This document shows, in pieces, positions 7,478 to 17,418 of a DNA stretch of 28,323 nt. The notes below the pieces were generated by a model that saw only the letters and a program-made list of their open reading frames with translations, had not been told where the DNA came from and did no database searches. The position numbers and the translations under genes are program-made. The stretch is from a virus (lineage: Duplodnaviria > Caudoviricetes). The DNA lies in IMG/VR virus record IMGVR_UViG_3300017747_001300, positions 1-28,323 of that record, one strand, 5' to 3'. The stretch's first letter is position 1. Every line of letters starts with the position of its first letter.

Positions 7478-9451
7478 TTACTTCAGCAACGGGTTGTTGG
7501 CGTCCACGCCACCGCCGGCCGCAGTACCTTCAGCGGCCATGTCGGTTGACACAAACTGGCCCTTGCGGTTCTCCATCAAGCGGATGATGGTTTGTGCTGC
7601 ACCCTTGCGAATCTCGCGTGGCAGCGTCGGATCAGCCAGCTGGCCGGCTGCCTCCTTGTAGGACTGCGTGTCCTTGTCGGACTGCGGGCCTTCAAAACGC
7701 GGCACCATCTTGAGGACGATGTCAGCGATTGGCTTGAGCTTGCCGATGGCGATGTCGCCCTTGGTCGCCTGACCGATGAACCGCGCGCCGACGTCAACTG
7801 CGCGGCCCACGCCGCTGCCGGTGGACTGGTCAATCAAACCGTTGGGCTTGATGGCATCTTTGAGTTCAAAAATCGCGGTGTCCAAGTCCCTCGACAGCTG
7901 CTTGCGCTGCGCTTCTGTCTTCTCAAACGTCGCGCTCGGCTTGCCTCTAAGCTGGACGGCGCCGCCGCCAGCTGCGGCAGGCGCAGTAGACTGAATGACT
8001 TGGCCGAACTTGTTGTACTGCGTGACGTTGCCAGCAGCGTCGGTAAACGACCCGGCCACGGTTCTCGACTCTTGCGAAGCGGAGCGCACTTGTTCCGGCG
8101 TCATCTGTTTGGGGCGCCGGCCAAGAACAGTTATTTGGCCGGTATTGGGGTTCACCAACTGAGTGATGACCTCGTTGCCAGAATCGATGTTTTGCACCAC
8201 CGGCTTCTGTTCATTTCTGATGGCCGCAGGAGCGCCAACCGCGTTCTGCGGCTGAATGATCTGCCCAAACTTGTTGAGCAACGTGACGTTGCCTGCCGCG
8301 TCTGTGACCGTGTTGGACACCACATTACGCTCTTGCGCGGCCTGACGCTGTTGCTCGGGCGTAAGAGTTTTAGGAGTGCGGCTGATGATTCTGGTGTTGC
8401 CTGATACTGGGTCGTACTCTTGCGTAATGGTTTCAGAACCCGTGTCAATCGTAGACACGACCGGCTTACGCTGAGGTGTAAGCGCGGTCGCCCCGCCGGC
8501 TGCATCGCGCGGTTGAACCACCTCACCAAACTTGTTGAGCAGCGTGACGTTGCCGCGCTCATCCGTAATGGTGTTGGAAACCACGTTGCGTTCTTGTGCT
8601 GCGACGCGCGCTTGCTCAGGCGTGAGTTGAATGGGCCGACGGCTGACCACGCGGGTAGTCTTTGAAACTGGGTCGTACGCTTCGGTGATGACCTCGTTGC
8701 CGACGTTGATCTCGCGGATGGACTCTTTGCTCTCGCCGGGCGTGAGCGTGCGCGTTGCCTCTGAGCCGGGCACGACCGTAGCGGTGCCGCCCAGACCGGG
8801 CATTGATAGGACGCGAGCGGTTCCACCAAGGTCTTGCGAGACGGTCTTGGGCGCGTTCAGTTCCATGAACTTCTCAGTGCCCAGCTTGGACTGATTGATC
8901 AACTGCGCAAACGCCGCCGGGCCCTGTTGGATGGCCTGCGCGATGCGAGCGCGGGATTGGTCAACAGTCACGCCCCGCGCGGCCAACAGCGGCCCCAGCA
9001 CGGGGTCTTTGTGGTTGGCCTCATGCCACGCGATGTATTGCGTCGGCGCGTTGGGGTCAGATGGGTCAAGGGTGTCGAGAAAAGCACGCGCCTGCGTCAG
9101 CTTGGCGCCCACTAACTCCGTCTCCGCTTTACCTTGCGCAAGCTGCTGCGTCCGTAGCTCGCCCAATTTCTTTTCGATCTCAGGCAGCTTGGCGCCGACG
9201 CCTGATCTAATCAGCGAACCTCGCAGTCTGTTGATGTCGTAGGTGCCCTTCTCAGGGTCGTAGGCATCCTGATAGGCTTGGCTTAGGGCGTTCTGCGACT
9301 TTTCTTCGCGTTGCGCCGCGCCGAGCTGGTACTGCGCCAGCGCGTTCTGGTTCTGCGCCTGCTGGATGGCGGCGATCTTGCCGTACTGTGCCAGCGGGTC
9401 AGCGAGCTGGAGGGGCTGCACGCCCATTGCGATTGCGGGATTGATAGGCAT
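7478..9451 (-). CDS. internal virion / DNA ejection protein with three 87-aa repeats
   Basis: Gln/Ala-rich N-terminus, synteny, internal tandem repeats. Confidence 0.7.
   Translation of the reverse strand: MPINPAIAMGVQPLQLADPLAQYGKIAAIQQAQNQNALAQYQLGAAQREEKSQNALSQAYQDAYDPEKGTYDINRLRGSLIRSGVGAKLPEIEKKLGELRTQQLAQGKAETELVGAKLTQARAFLDTLDPSDPNAPTQYIAWHEANHKDPVLGPLLAARGVTVDQSRARIAQAIQQGPAAFAQLINQSKLGTEKFMELNAPKTVSQDLGGTARVLSMPGLGGTATVVPGSEATRTLTPGESKESIREINVGNEVITEAYDPVSKTTRVVSRRPIQLTPEQARVAAQERNVVSNTITDERGNVTLLNKFGEVVQPRDAAGGATALTPQRKPVVSTIDTGSETITQEYDPVSGNTRIISRTPKTLTPEQQRQAAQERNVVSNTVTDAAGNVTLLNKFGQIIQPQNAVGAPAAIRNEQKPVVQNIDSGNEVITQLVNPNTGQITVLGRRPKQMTPEQVRSASQESRTVAGSFTDAAGNVTQYNKFGQVIQSTAPAAAGGGAVQLRGKPSATFEKTEAQRKQLSRDLDTAIFELKDAIKPNGLIDQSTGSGVGRAVDVGARFIGQATKGDIAIGKLKPIADIVLKMVPRFEGPQSDKDTQSYKEAAGQLADPTLPREIRKGAAQTIIRLMENRKGQFVSTDMAAEGTAAGGGVDANNPLLK
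7937..8730 (-). repeat. 3 x 261 bp degenerate coding repeat
   Basis: CGTGACGTTGCC recurs at 8021, 8282 and 8543. Protein motif TPEQ...TD..GNVT..NKFG repeats three times. Confidence 0.9.
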
Positions 9452-9453
9452 TT

Positions 9454-10167
9454 TTAACCTCCACCCAAGCGAACACCGCCGCTGCTCAGTGAGTAGTCAA
9501 CCGGGGCCATGCCGCCGCCGTAAGAGTAGGACGCTGCTGGCGCAGCTGCAGCTGGCGGTCGCAGCGCGTTCAGATAGTTTTGGCCTTGGTAGTAGTTCAA
9601 ACCAGTGCCCAACGCGCTGGTCAGCGCATTCGCACCACCAACGTACCCCGACGCGCGCGCCGCCGCAGCGTTTTGAATTGCTTCACTGGCGTTCTGGCCG
9701 TACTGACCGGCTGCGCCAGTGAGCGCATTCGTTGCGGTTTGGCCGACGCCGGCCAGCGCCGCCGTGGTGTTGTACTGCGTCAGCGCCCGGTTGTAGGCGT
9801 TCTGGTACTCCTGCGAGGCCAAATCCTGCCCGAACCGCTGGATGCCCTTGAGTGCCCCGCCCGACAACAGGCCGCCGCGTGCAGCAGCTGACCGCTCCAA
9901 CCCTTTCATGCCCTCCGACATTCGGAAAGCGTAGCCGGGGTCTTGCGTCAGATCGACTTGGCCGCTGAAGCCCGTGCCAAGTTTGCCAAGCGCGTTGATG
10001 CCAGCTTGGCGCCAAGGCTCTTGCAGTTCGACCTGCCGCTCAAAAATATCGCGTTGAACGTCGCCGGCTTGCGCGGCGGCCTGTGCTTGTGTTTTTGCGG
10101 CTCTATTGGACGCCATGCCGCCAATGACGGCGCTTCCAACGACTGCGCCAGCTACCCAGAATGTCAT
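9454..10167 (-). CDS. DNA transfer / ejection protein (P22 gp7-like)
   Basis: Hydrophobic Gly/Ala N-terminus, DPGYAFR and SAAARGGLLSG motifs, synteny. Confidence 0.75.
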   Translation of the reverse strand: MTFWVAGAVVGSAVIGGMASNRAAKTQAQAAAQAGDVQRDIFERQVELQEPWRQAGINALGKLGTGFSGQVDLTQDPGYAFRMSEGMKGLERSAAARGGLLSGGALKGIQRFGQDLASQEYQNAYNRALTQYNTTAALAGVGQTATNALTGAAGQYGQNASEAIQNAAAARASGYVGGANALTSALGTGLNYYQGQNYLNALRPPAAAAPAASYSYGGGMAPVDYSLSSGGVRLGGG

Positions 10168-10622
10168 GTCAGCACCTCCTGTGCGTCGTGTTTGATCAAG
10201 TTACCCGGCGCGTACATACTGCTGGGTTCTAATTCTACAAGTTCAGCCTCTGCAGCCTCAACAGTTGTGGCGTCAATGGCGTGGAAAGTCATGCACAAAG
10301 CGTCGGTGACCGCGTACACGGCGCGCTTGGTGCCGGGCTTGCTCTGAAACAAGTGCGGGCCGGTGATTTCTTCGACGTTGCCTTCGCCGTCGGTGATCGC
10401 TACCGTCCCAGACACGATCAGGTAGAAGTGCTCTTTTTTGTGCACTGCACCAACGACCAATACGCCGGCATGACGGAACACCTCGCGGCAGTACATGCCG
10501 CCGTGGAAGTAGTGCTTCGTCTCGGGCTGGTACTGCGGCAGCTTGGCAAGCTCAGACTGCAGAGCCTCTACCTTCTGCTGCATCAGCTCCAGCGGCTGGT
10601 CGATGGTCAGTGCGTCGCTCAT
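10164..10622 (-). CDS. cupin-fold protein
   Basis: HYFHGGMYCRE...VVGAVHKKEH...SKPGTKRAVYA beta-rich cupin-like pattern. Confidence 0.6.
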   Translation of the reverse strand: MSDALTIDQPLELMQQKVEALQSELAKLPQYQPETKHYFHGGMYCREVFRHAGVLVVGAVHKKEHFYLIVSGTVAITDGEGNVEEITGPHLFQSKPGTKRAVYAVTDALCMTFHAIDATTVEAAEAELVELEPSSMYAPGNLIKHDAQEVLT

Positions 10623-10957
10623 TGTGTGATCTCGCGGCCCGAGGCGCGGATGTTGATCGAGGTGGCGGCGCTGGCGATCGTGCTGATGAAAGCGCCGGGC
10701 GAAAGAATCTGACCGACGATCTCAGGGAACGTGTACGTCTCGGCCGGCTGCAGCGTTTTGGTCTTGACGATCAAGTTCTGGTTGCCGGCAGTGTCAGCTA
10801 GGGTGACAAGGTTCACGCTGATGGTAGCGGCCGTTGCGCTGTAGTTCGTTGCCGTGAATTTGTCGATGATCGTCGTGACGTTGGTCGACGTGTACTGAGT
10901 GGTTTGGCTGTTCTCGGCGTTTTTGGCCGGGATCAATACCTTGGCGTAAACAGTCAT
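10619..10957 (-). CDS. virion structural protein (beta-rich)
   Basis: Thr-rich, ATGA-coupled within the tail module. Confidence 0.65.
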   Translation of the reverse strand: MTVYAKVLIPAKNAENSQTTQYTSTNVTTIIDKFTATNYSATAATISVNLVTLADTAGNQNLIVKTKTLQPAETYTFPEIVGQILSPGAFISTIASAATSINIRASGREITQ

Positions 10958-11991
10958 GCTGAAATTCCTTGAAGCGTTGGTTTAGACACTAAATCCACCG
11001 TGACGATGACGGACGGCGTAGCGGGTCGAACCGGCCCGGTTTGTGCAGCAATGTACTGAATTGTAGTGGAGGTGTTTGTAGTAGCCCACATCAACTCAAT
11101 ATACTCATTCGCCGCCAAATCGATGAACAGGTTTAGCGCGCCGATTAAGTGCCCGTCCACGCCGCCGTGCCGATTGGGCACAGAAAACTGGCTGTTAGAG
11201 TCAGGCACATTGACGCCGTTCTTACGCATCCAGACGTCTGTGTCGTGGATGTTGTTGTCGGTGTTTACAAACTGGATGCTGAACTGCACGTTGTAGACGC
11301 CCGCGATCTCGGCTTTTATTTTGGACTTGCAAGTGCCAGTGATGGTCGTAGACGCTACGGTTTGCGAAGCGCTGACTTGGTACGTTCCCGTGCTGCCGTC
11401 CGTGCCTGTTAGCTGCGACACGATGTAAGTGCCAGCCGTCACGCCCGTGCCTGTGATGACCATGCCGGGGTAGATCGGGCCAGACGTGATGGCCGTCACC
11501 GTCATGGTCGTACTGGCCGGGCCGATAGACGCCGTGAACACCGCTGTCCTATTTTCTAACGTGACGTTCTTGCTGTACGCCGTGGTGTCGTACACGACCG
11601 GGTACGCCGTGGTGTTAGAGCCGTCTAGTTGGTTTGCGGTGCTGTAGAAAGTCCCATACACAAGCTGCAAAACTTGCGGTGTTGGGACAGGCGCCGACAG
11701 CAAACCGTTGATCTGTTTTTCCAGCTCGGCAATCTGGTCAAGCGCGCTTTCTTGAGAGGGTTGTTTTTCGAGCCCAGAAACATCAACAATGACGCTTGTC
11801 AAATCCTCTTGCTGCGGGGCTGGAGGGCCGAGTTGCAAGTCGGTCAGCGACGTTGTGTTTTGGCCGCTGCCGGTCAGCTGAAACAGATTTAGGAAGAACC
11901 GATACCACTCACGCGAGATCAGGCCCGTCCGAGGGTCGATTAAGTCAACCCTTGGAGGCGTGATGTTTGAGATGTTGGTCGGGCTAGGCAT
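10954..11991 (-). CDS. tail needle/fibre-like protein with a C-terminal beta-sandwich (C1q/BclA-like) domain
   Basis: Follows the gp10-like gene. N-terminal REWYRFF, coiled coil, then [11 protein letters not shown]...YIELMW. Confidence 0.6.
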   Translation of the reverse strand: MPSPTNISNITPPRVDLIDPRTGLISREWYRFFLNLFQLTGSGQNTTSLTDLQLGPPAPQQEDLTSVIVDVSGLEKQPSQESALDQIAELEKQINGLLSAPVPTPQVLQLVYGTFYSTANQLDGSNTTAYPVVYDTTAYSKNVTLENRTAVFTASIGPASTTMTVTAITSGPIYPGMVITGTGVTAGTYIVSQLTGTDGSTGTYQVSASQTVASTTITGTCKSKIKAEIAGVYNVQFSIQFVNTDNNIHDTDVWMRKNGVNVPDSNSQFSVPNRHGGVDGHLIGALNLFIDLAANEYIELMWATTNTSTTIQYIAAQTGPVRPATPSVIVTVDLVSKPTLQGISA

Positions 11992-13414
11992 TGGTCGGAC
12001 TGAGCAGCAGTTCGGCGCCCATGATGGCTGTCTTCACTGGGTCAGTCATCGACAACTCGTACACACGGTCGCGCAGTTTCAAGGTCATGCCAAGACGACG
12101 GAAGAAAACGCGGCGGTAGTACTCGCCGATCTTGCCGATGGGGGCCCAGTGTTCGTTTGACCAAGTGTGGCCGCCGTCGTCGCTCCAGCGCAGCATGACC
12201 TGCGGGTCGTCGCCTTGGCCGAGGTTGATGCCAACGCCTGACTCCAGATCGATCTGGAGCGAGTGATGCGCGGTGCGCTTGAGGTTGTTGGCGCCAGTGG
12301 GCAGCGCCCGCCACGTCCGATACCAGCGCTGAATCTGGTCGTCGTCTTGGTAGTAGTCGAGGTCAAAGGCGTAGATGCGCCCGTCCTCGTAGTCGCCCAC
12401 GACGACTTCGCTGTTGAAGAACACCTGACAGTTGCTGCGGTGCCGGGTGAACTCGCCGTTGACCCAGCCGGCGCGCTCATGCCACGCCTGCGTGGCGACG
12501 TCGTAGACCCACGTCGTGTTGGCGCTCGGGAAAATCAGAACGTAGAAGCTGTGGCCGTCCTGCTGGTAGGTGTAGCCGATCGCATCCGACAGATTGCCGT
12601 ACTGCTGAATCTGCCACTCGACAGCGTGCGTGCTGATGCGCTGGCCGGTGTAGCCGTTGGCGCGGTAGACGACGCCTTGGCCGCGCGCGTCCTTGCCAAG
12701 CCAGAACAGCCCGTTGTCCATCTTGGCGATGGAGTAGGCAGCTGCGCAGCCGATCTCGTTGAAGGCACCTTGGATTCGCTGCAGCGGGAAGTCCAGCAGG
12801 CCAGCGTCGTACCAAACCTCGACGCTGTTGGTGCCGAACAGCCAGACCTCGCGGTGGTCAATGATGAGGCCAACCAGACCGTCAGGCGCGCCTTCTGCGC
12901 TGGCGAAGTCCAGCGGGTCGACCGATGAGCCGTCGAGCAGTTGAGTGACCCAGAACTTCTGGCTGTTGGGCTCGTTGAAGACGAAGTAGCCATCAAGGTA
13001 GCCCACGCTGACCGCGCCGGGGAAGTCTGGATCGGTGATGGGTGCGAAGACGTTTGTGGTTGAGTTGTAGATGTAGCTCGGGCCGTTGGCCGCGATGAAA
13101 ATCTGCGTGCCGTTGTCCGATATGGACACGGGCCCGGTGCCGGCGATCGTGCCAAGCGACGTCGCGGTGTAGGTGGTGCTGACCTTGTACAGCGTGGTGC
13201 CGCTGACAACGTACATGAAGCTGCCCAACGCCCACAAACCCCTGATGGGGCCGGTTCCAACCTCAGTGAGCTTGCGCAGCCCGGGCGCGCGCATGAGAAA
13301 GGCCGGCTCCTTGCCGGCCTCTGGCACAACCTCTGGAAAGAGGTTCACCATGCGCGCGTCGGCCGCGTTGACCGACCGCGCGACGTAGGTGGCTCCAAGG
13401 ATCGGCGTTTTCAT
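11984..13414 (-). CDS. P22 gp10-like DNA stabilization / tail nozzle protein
   Basis: 476 aa. DGYFVF, AEGAPD, ISTHAVE, TWVYD...WHER and WSDDGG motifs. Confidence 0.9.
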   Translation of the reverse strand: MKTPILGATYVARSVNAADARMVNLFPEVVPEAGKEPAFLMRAPGLRKLTEVGTGPIRGLWALGSFMYVVSGTTLYKVSTTYTATSLGTIAGTGPVSISDNGTQIFIAANGPSYIYNSTTNVFAPITDPDFPGAVSVGYLDGYFVFNEPNSQKFWVTQLLDGSSVDPLDFASAEGAPDGLVGLIIDHREVWLFGTNSVEVWYDAGLLDFPLQRIQGAFNEIGCAAAYSIAKMDNGLFWLGKDARGQGVVYRANGYTGQRISTHAVEWQIQQYGNLSDAIGYTYQQDGHSFYVLIFPSANTTWVYDVATQAWHERAGWVNGEFTRHRSNCQVFFNSEVVVGDYEDGRIYAFDLDYYQDDDQIQRWYRTWRALPTGANNLKRTAHHSLQIDLESGVGINLGQGDDPQVMLRWSDDGGHTWSNEHWAPIGKIGEYYRRVFFRRLGMTLKLRDRVYELSMTDPVKTAIMGAELLLSPTNA

Positions 13415-14133
13415 CAGAAGTTGTTGGCATAGATGTTGTAGCGCTGGCGGGTCGCCACAATCGGGTACGGAATCGCCATCAGGTCATTCGGGTTGTTAAT
13501 GCGCTTCAAGTTGCGCTTGCTGGTCATCGCAATCCGAGTGACTTGGGGCGAGGGCTCTACGCCGAACTCCGGCGCCAGCTCCATCGCCAAGTTGTAGCGG
13601 AAGGCGCGCAGGTAGCCGGGCGGGAAGTACATGTCGGTCGCCACGCTGGTGACTTCGGTCAGCGTCTCGACGGAAACAATGTGCCACTCCAGCGCCTTGA
13701 TGGGCACTGGATAAATAGTCAGGGTCGTGTCGGGGAACGTGTTGTTCACCCACAGGACTTGAGGGTACGTCGACGTCACAGTCTTGAACGCGATGCCGTT
13801 GTACTGCTGCTGGTTGATCATCTTGACACCAAACGACAAGCCCGACGACGGGTCTTTGAAGTAGGTGGAGTCGTCAACTTCGATGGGCCGGTTGCCGACA
13901 AAGTCGCCGGTCGGGCCCAAAGTGCGAGAAATGACGTTGGCAGGCCAAGTGAAGACCTGATCCTGCGTGCTGAAGACCGACAACCGCTCGGTGTCCCATG
14001 ACTGGATCATTTGATTGATCGCCATGATCGAGTCTTGCATCACAGCAGCTGAAGACGTCTCGCCCTCAGCCAAGACTCCCAGCAGACGCAGAGAGCCGTT
14101 GATGATTTCACCGGCGGTTGCAGACGTGGTCAT
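13414..14133 (-). CDS. P22 gp4-like head-tail adaptor
   Basis: LRLLGVLAEGE N-terminus and YNLAMELAPEFG. Lies before the gp10-like gene. Confidence 0.75.
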   Translation of the reverse strand: MTTSATAGEIINGSLRLLGVLAEGETSSAAVMQDSIMAINQMIQSWDTERLSVFSTQDQVFTWPANVISRTLGPTGDFVGNRPIEVDDSTYFKDPSSGLSFGVKMINQQQYNGIAFKTVTSTYPQVLWVNNTFPDTTLTIYPVPIKALEWHIVSVETLTEVTSVATDMYFPPGYLRAFRYNLAMELAPEFGVEPSPQVTRIAMTSKRNLKRINNPNDLMAIPYPIVATRQRYNIYANNF

Positions 14134-14366
14134 TCCGTGGCCTCCCGAGGACGACGACCGCGCCGACGCGGCTGCAGCTCGTTGACGACGGGCGCCTCTT
14201 GAGGCTCAGGCTCGTCGATCACAACGTCAGCTGCCGGCGCTGAATCAGTTACAGGTTCAGCCGGGTCGAACTCTTCCCAGCCGTTCTGGAAGTCATTTTC
14301 GGCTTCCATGTCGGAGATTGCAACTTTTGCCCCATGCAAGGGGTGACGTAGATAGATGACGGCCAT
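14130..14366 (-). CDS. hypothetical protein
   Basis: Acidic middle, basic RRRGRRP tail, ATGA-coupled. Confidence 0.7.
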   Translation of the reverse strand: MAVIYLRHPLHGAKVAISDMEAENDFQNGWEEFDPAEPVTDSAPAADVVIDEPEPQEAPVVNELQPRRRGRRPREATE

Positions 14367-14377
14367 AAATTTTCAAA

Positions 14378-14396
14378 CGGGGGCACACGGCCCCCG
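14378..14396 (-). terminator. hairpin / probable intrinsic terminator
   Basis: CGGGGGC-acacg-GCCCCCG followed by TTT on the minus strand. Confidence 0.55.
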
Positions 14397-14401
14397 CCCT
14401 A

Positions 14402-14857
14402 TCAAGAAGCGACAAGAGGAACGGAGAACCAGTCTGTGGTGTCATACGCCACAAACCAGCAAGCCGTTTTCGCAGCCATTGAGAAAGCCGTGGTGCCAGC
14501 GACGCCGTTGATTTTGGCGCTGCCGGGAGCGTAGACCTTCAAAATAGCGTTGGCCGTATCATCGTTCTTAACCACAAGCAGTCGGCCAGCCGTGGGAGCA
14601 GGCAGCACAACACCTTTGGTGGCGTCAGCTGCAGTCACCCAGTTGAACGAAGCCGTCATAGCCGTCGCGTCGGCGCGGGTCGAACCCGCAGCCGCCGGTT
14701 TGGCGACGTCAACGCTCAGGGAGGCGCCGGTCAGCGTGGGGCTGGACAGCGTGCCGCCGGTGATCGTGGAGTTGGTGATAGTGGCGCCGGTAATCGTAGT
14801 CCCCGAGACAAGCTCAGGGTCGGAAAACGCAACGCCAACTGGTTTGGTATTTGGCAT
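14402..14857 (-). CDS. capsid decoration-like structural protein
   Basis: Thr/Ala-rich, second gene after the coat gene, AAGGA RBS. Confidence 0.6.
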   Translation of the reverse strand: MPNTKPVGVAFSDPELVSGTTITGATITNSTITGGTLSSPTLTGASLSVDVAKPAAAGSTRADATAMTASFNWVTAADATKGVVLPAPTAGRLLVVKNDDTANAILKVYAPGSAKINGVAGTTAFSMAAKTACWFVAYDTTDWFSVPLVAS

Positions 14858-14876
14858 GGTTTTGTCCTTTTAAGAA

Positions 14877-14897
14877 CAGGGGGCCAAAGGCCCCCTG
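14877..14897 (-). terminator. intrinsic terminator after the coat and first decoration gene
   Basis: Perfect 9-bp stem CAGGGGGCC-aaa-GGCCCCCTG followed by TTCTT on the minus strand. Confidence 0.7.
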
Positions 14898-14901
14898 CTG
14901 A

Positions 14902-15300
14902 TTACGACACGCGATAGCAAGTCCAAGTACCGTCGCCGGTCTTGCGGGCACGGAAGTGCCCCGAAGTGGCTTCAGTCACCACCATGTTGCCAACCAGCGT
15001 CCAGCCCGTTGCGGTAGCAACAGTCACGTCGTCGGTCGTGGCGTCAATGTTGATGACATAGAAGTCAAACGCGGCGTTGACTTTGTTGGCCGAAGAAACT
15101 TCGGCTTCCAAATCTGCCACGGTGGGCAGCGTCAAATTGCCGGCAGTGCCGTTGAAGGTGAACAGACCGTTTGCCAACTGAGCGGCGGTAGCCGTAGCAG
15201 CAGCGGTCAGCGCCGTGGGCGCGCCCTGAACAAACAGAAGCGCTTCGCCAGTATTGCCATCGTTGAACTGATAGCCACCAGCACCATTAGGAATAGCCAT
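14902..15300 (-). CDS. capsid decoration/cement-like protein
   Basis: Directly downstream of the coat gene with a strong RBS. Beta-rich. Confidence 0.6.
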   Translation of the reverse strand: MAIPNGAGGYQFNDGNTGEALLFVQGAPTALTAAATATAAQLANGLFTFNGTAGNLTLPTVADLEAEVSSANKVNAAFDFYVINIDATTDDVTVATATGWTLVGNMVVTEATSGHFRARKTGDGTWTCYRVS

Positions 15301-15327
15301 GATGATGTCCTTTCAAAAAAGTTTCGA

Positions 15328-16536
15328 TCAGCCCCAGAGGCGCACGGCCATCTGAGGACGAATCACGCTGTAGCCGTACAGCACGTCAATACGGCAGGGC
15401 ATACGGTCGTTGTTGATATCGTACTGACGAACAATACGCATCGAGATACCGTTGTGCACCTGACGCGAGGCCATATCGACACCTTGCGGCATCATCAGGT
15501 CGGCGGTAGCGAAGGTGATCGCGTCCTTGTGGTACACAAGGTTCTGCGGGTACTGGCTGGAGGCCGCGCCCACAAACACGACTGCCTTGCTGTTGCCGGG
15601 CAGCGAGTTGACGGTTGCCAGAGCGTTGGAGGCCGAGTAGATCGGAGCCACGGTCAGGTTGCCCTCACCGCTGGAGCCCAGAGTCACGTCAACGGTCACC
15701 ACGAACTGGAACAGCGAGCCGGTGGACTCGCGGGTCTGCGGGTTCACAGCGAAGCAGTCAGCCACGGTAAACACGTCGCCGGCCTTCACGGTAGCGTTCG
15801 CGCCAGCGCCAGTGATGGCGATGGTGGTAGCGCCTTCGCTCGACACAGCAGCAGAAGTGGAGCCGCCGGTAGCGTTACGCGAGCCGGTGGTGAACTGCTT
15901 GATCGACTGAGACATGTTGATCTCGTCGAAGCCCAGCACGCCCATGCCCATCATGCCGTTTTTGAACTGGCGGCTGATGGTGTCAGTGGGGTTGAACAGG
16001 CCCTTCATGCCCTCGACCAGACCAGCGTTGGCGGCCGGGTTGACGGTCGCGTAGCGCGGGCTCATCACAGCGGCGTTCTCGTTGAGCTTCTGCTGAGCTT
16101 GCAGCAGAACCAGCGAGGTGCCGGGAGTGGTGCCGGGGGTGCCGACGCTGTTGCCGATGTAGCGGAAGCTGTTGGCGACGTCAGCGTCGATGCTGGCGGC
16201 CAGCTGGCTGATACGAGGCTTCAACACACGCTCGGCGAAGTCGTCCAACTGCAAAGTCAGTTCGGCAGACGTGAAGTTCACGCCGATGTGCTTCTGGGAA
16301 GCGACAGTCAGGGTGGTGAACTGCTCGTTGTCCGACTGGACTTGCAGCGCGGCGCCGTCGGTGACCAGAGCACGGTCGGGCAGACGGATACGCAGGGTCG
16401 AACCGATCTTGGCACCTTCGACAGCGAAGCTGTCGTCGTACTGACGGTTCACGTTACGGGTCAGGACAAGATTGTTCTCAAGGATTTCGAGGGCCTTGCG
16501 AGTAATCATGTCGATGGTAAGCAGGCTGTTTGCCAT
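15328..16536 (-). CDS. major capsid protein, P22 gp5 family
   Basis: MANSLLTIDMITRKALEILENNL...KIGSTLRIRLP...RIDVLYG, 402 aa, follows the scaffold. Confidence 0.93.
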   Translation of the reverse strand: MANSLLTIDMITRKALEILENNLVLTRNVNRQYDDSFAVEGAKIGSTLRIRLPDRALVTDGAALQVQSDNEQFTTLTVASQKHIGVNFTSAELTLQLDDFAERVLKPRISQLAASIDADVANSFRYIGNSVGTPGTTPGTSLVLLQAQQKLNENAAVMSPRYATVNPAANAGLVEGMKGLFNPTDTISRQFKNGMMGMGVLGFDEINMSQSIKQFTTGSRNATGGSTSAAVSSEGATTIAITGAGANATVKAGDVFTVADCFAVNPQTRESTGSLFQFVVTVDVTLGSSGEGNLTVAPIYSASNALATVNSLPGNSKAVVFVGAASSQYPQNLVYHKDAITFATADLMMPQGVDMASRQVHNGISMRIVRQYDINNDRMPCRIDVLYGYSVIRPQMAVRLWG

Positions 16537-16555
16537 GACAATTCCTTTTCAAAAG

Positions 16556-17344
16556 TTAGCGGGCACGTTGTTGAGCATCCCATTTTTTGATCTGCCGTTG
16601 GCGCTCGGCTTCGATCCACTCTGACGTCGACATCTCCTTGATGGAGCGCGGGTCAGTCGTGTCCAGAACCCTTGCGTTGCCGCCCCGAGGGGTGACAGGC
16701 GTGATCGGCGTTGGGGCGCTCGACGATTTCTTTACGGGAGGATTGTCGGCCAATTTGGCCTCGATCTTCCCAATCTCTTTCGCCTGCAAGAACGGCGACA
16801 ACTTGGCGATGCGATCGGCCTCTTTCGGATTGGAGCCAAGGTAGTAAGCCACCTCAGGCCCAACGTCAGACGCTTGGATCGTCTCGGCCATCACTTGCGT
16901 GATCGGGAGGCGCGGGTTGTACGCGACTTGTTCAAAGTCCTCGTACTTGGTGCGTGCTTCCTCTTCGCGCTCATGGTAGCTCTCAAGAGTTTCGGCCTGC
17001 TGGCGCTCTGCTTCCCGGCGCGCAAGCAGCTCTGCAGCCTTCCGTTCAGCCAGCGCTTCCGCGTAGGCTTCGGTCGACTCAAACTGTTCCTGCGACGGGG
17101 GCGTAGCAGACAGCTCGGGCGTTGCCGCCTTGAACCTTTGCTCTCGTTCCCACTTGCGTTGCTCTCTTGCAAGACGCTTGCTGATCATCGCATCGATTTC
17201 AGCTTGGGAGAATTTCTTTTCCTCAGCCTGTTCGTTGCTCTGTTCAGCGACTTCCGGCGCATTTTGTGCCTGATCCGTGGTGGCCGTCACCTCGGGGGCT
17301 TGCGCGGATTCAACTTCCGCTAAGTTTTGACTTTCGTCGTTCAT
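16556..17344 (-). CDS. scaffolding protein
   Basis: Glu/Ala-rich helical protein with GPEVAYYLG and EIGKIEAKL, upstream of the coat gene. Confidence 0.8.
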   Translation of the reverse strand: MNDESQNLAEVESAQAPEVTATTDQAQNAPEVAEQSNEQAEEKKFSQAEIDAMISKRLAREQRKWEREQRFKAATPELSATPPSQEQFESTEAYAEALAERKAAELLARREAERQQAETLESYHEREEEARTKYEDFEQVAYNPRLPITQVMAETIQASDVGPEVAYYLGSNPKEADRIAKLSPFLQAKEIGKIEAKLADNPPVKKSSSAPTPITPVTPRGGNARVLDTTDPRSIKEMSTSEWIEAERQRQIKKWDAQQRAR

Positions 17345-17389
17345 GGTGTTTCCGTAGAAACCCCGGTCTACTGGGCCGGTACAGTTCTC

Positions 17390-17418
17390 AGATTATGCGC
17401 TAAGAAGGCGCCTGTCAA
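17390..17418 (-). promoter_or_regulatory. sigma70-like promoter for scaffold/coat
   Basis: TTGACA (17418-17413, containing the upstream TGA stop), N17, TAATCT. Confidence 0.6.

Noticed and set aside
7937-8730. Possible DGR template/variable repeat pair
   Set aside because: The repeats are in-frame, tandem and not adenine-specific in their differences, and there is no reverse transcriptase in the window.
14956-16590. 544-aa plus-strand ORF
   Set aside because: Antisense shadow of the coat and decoration genes.
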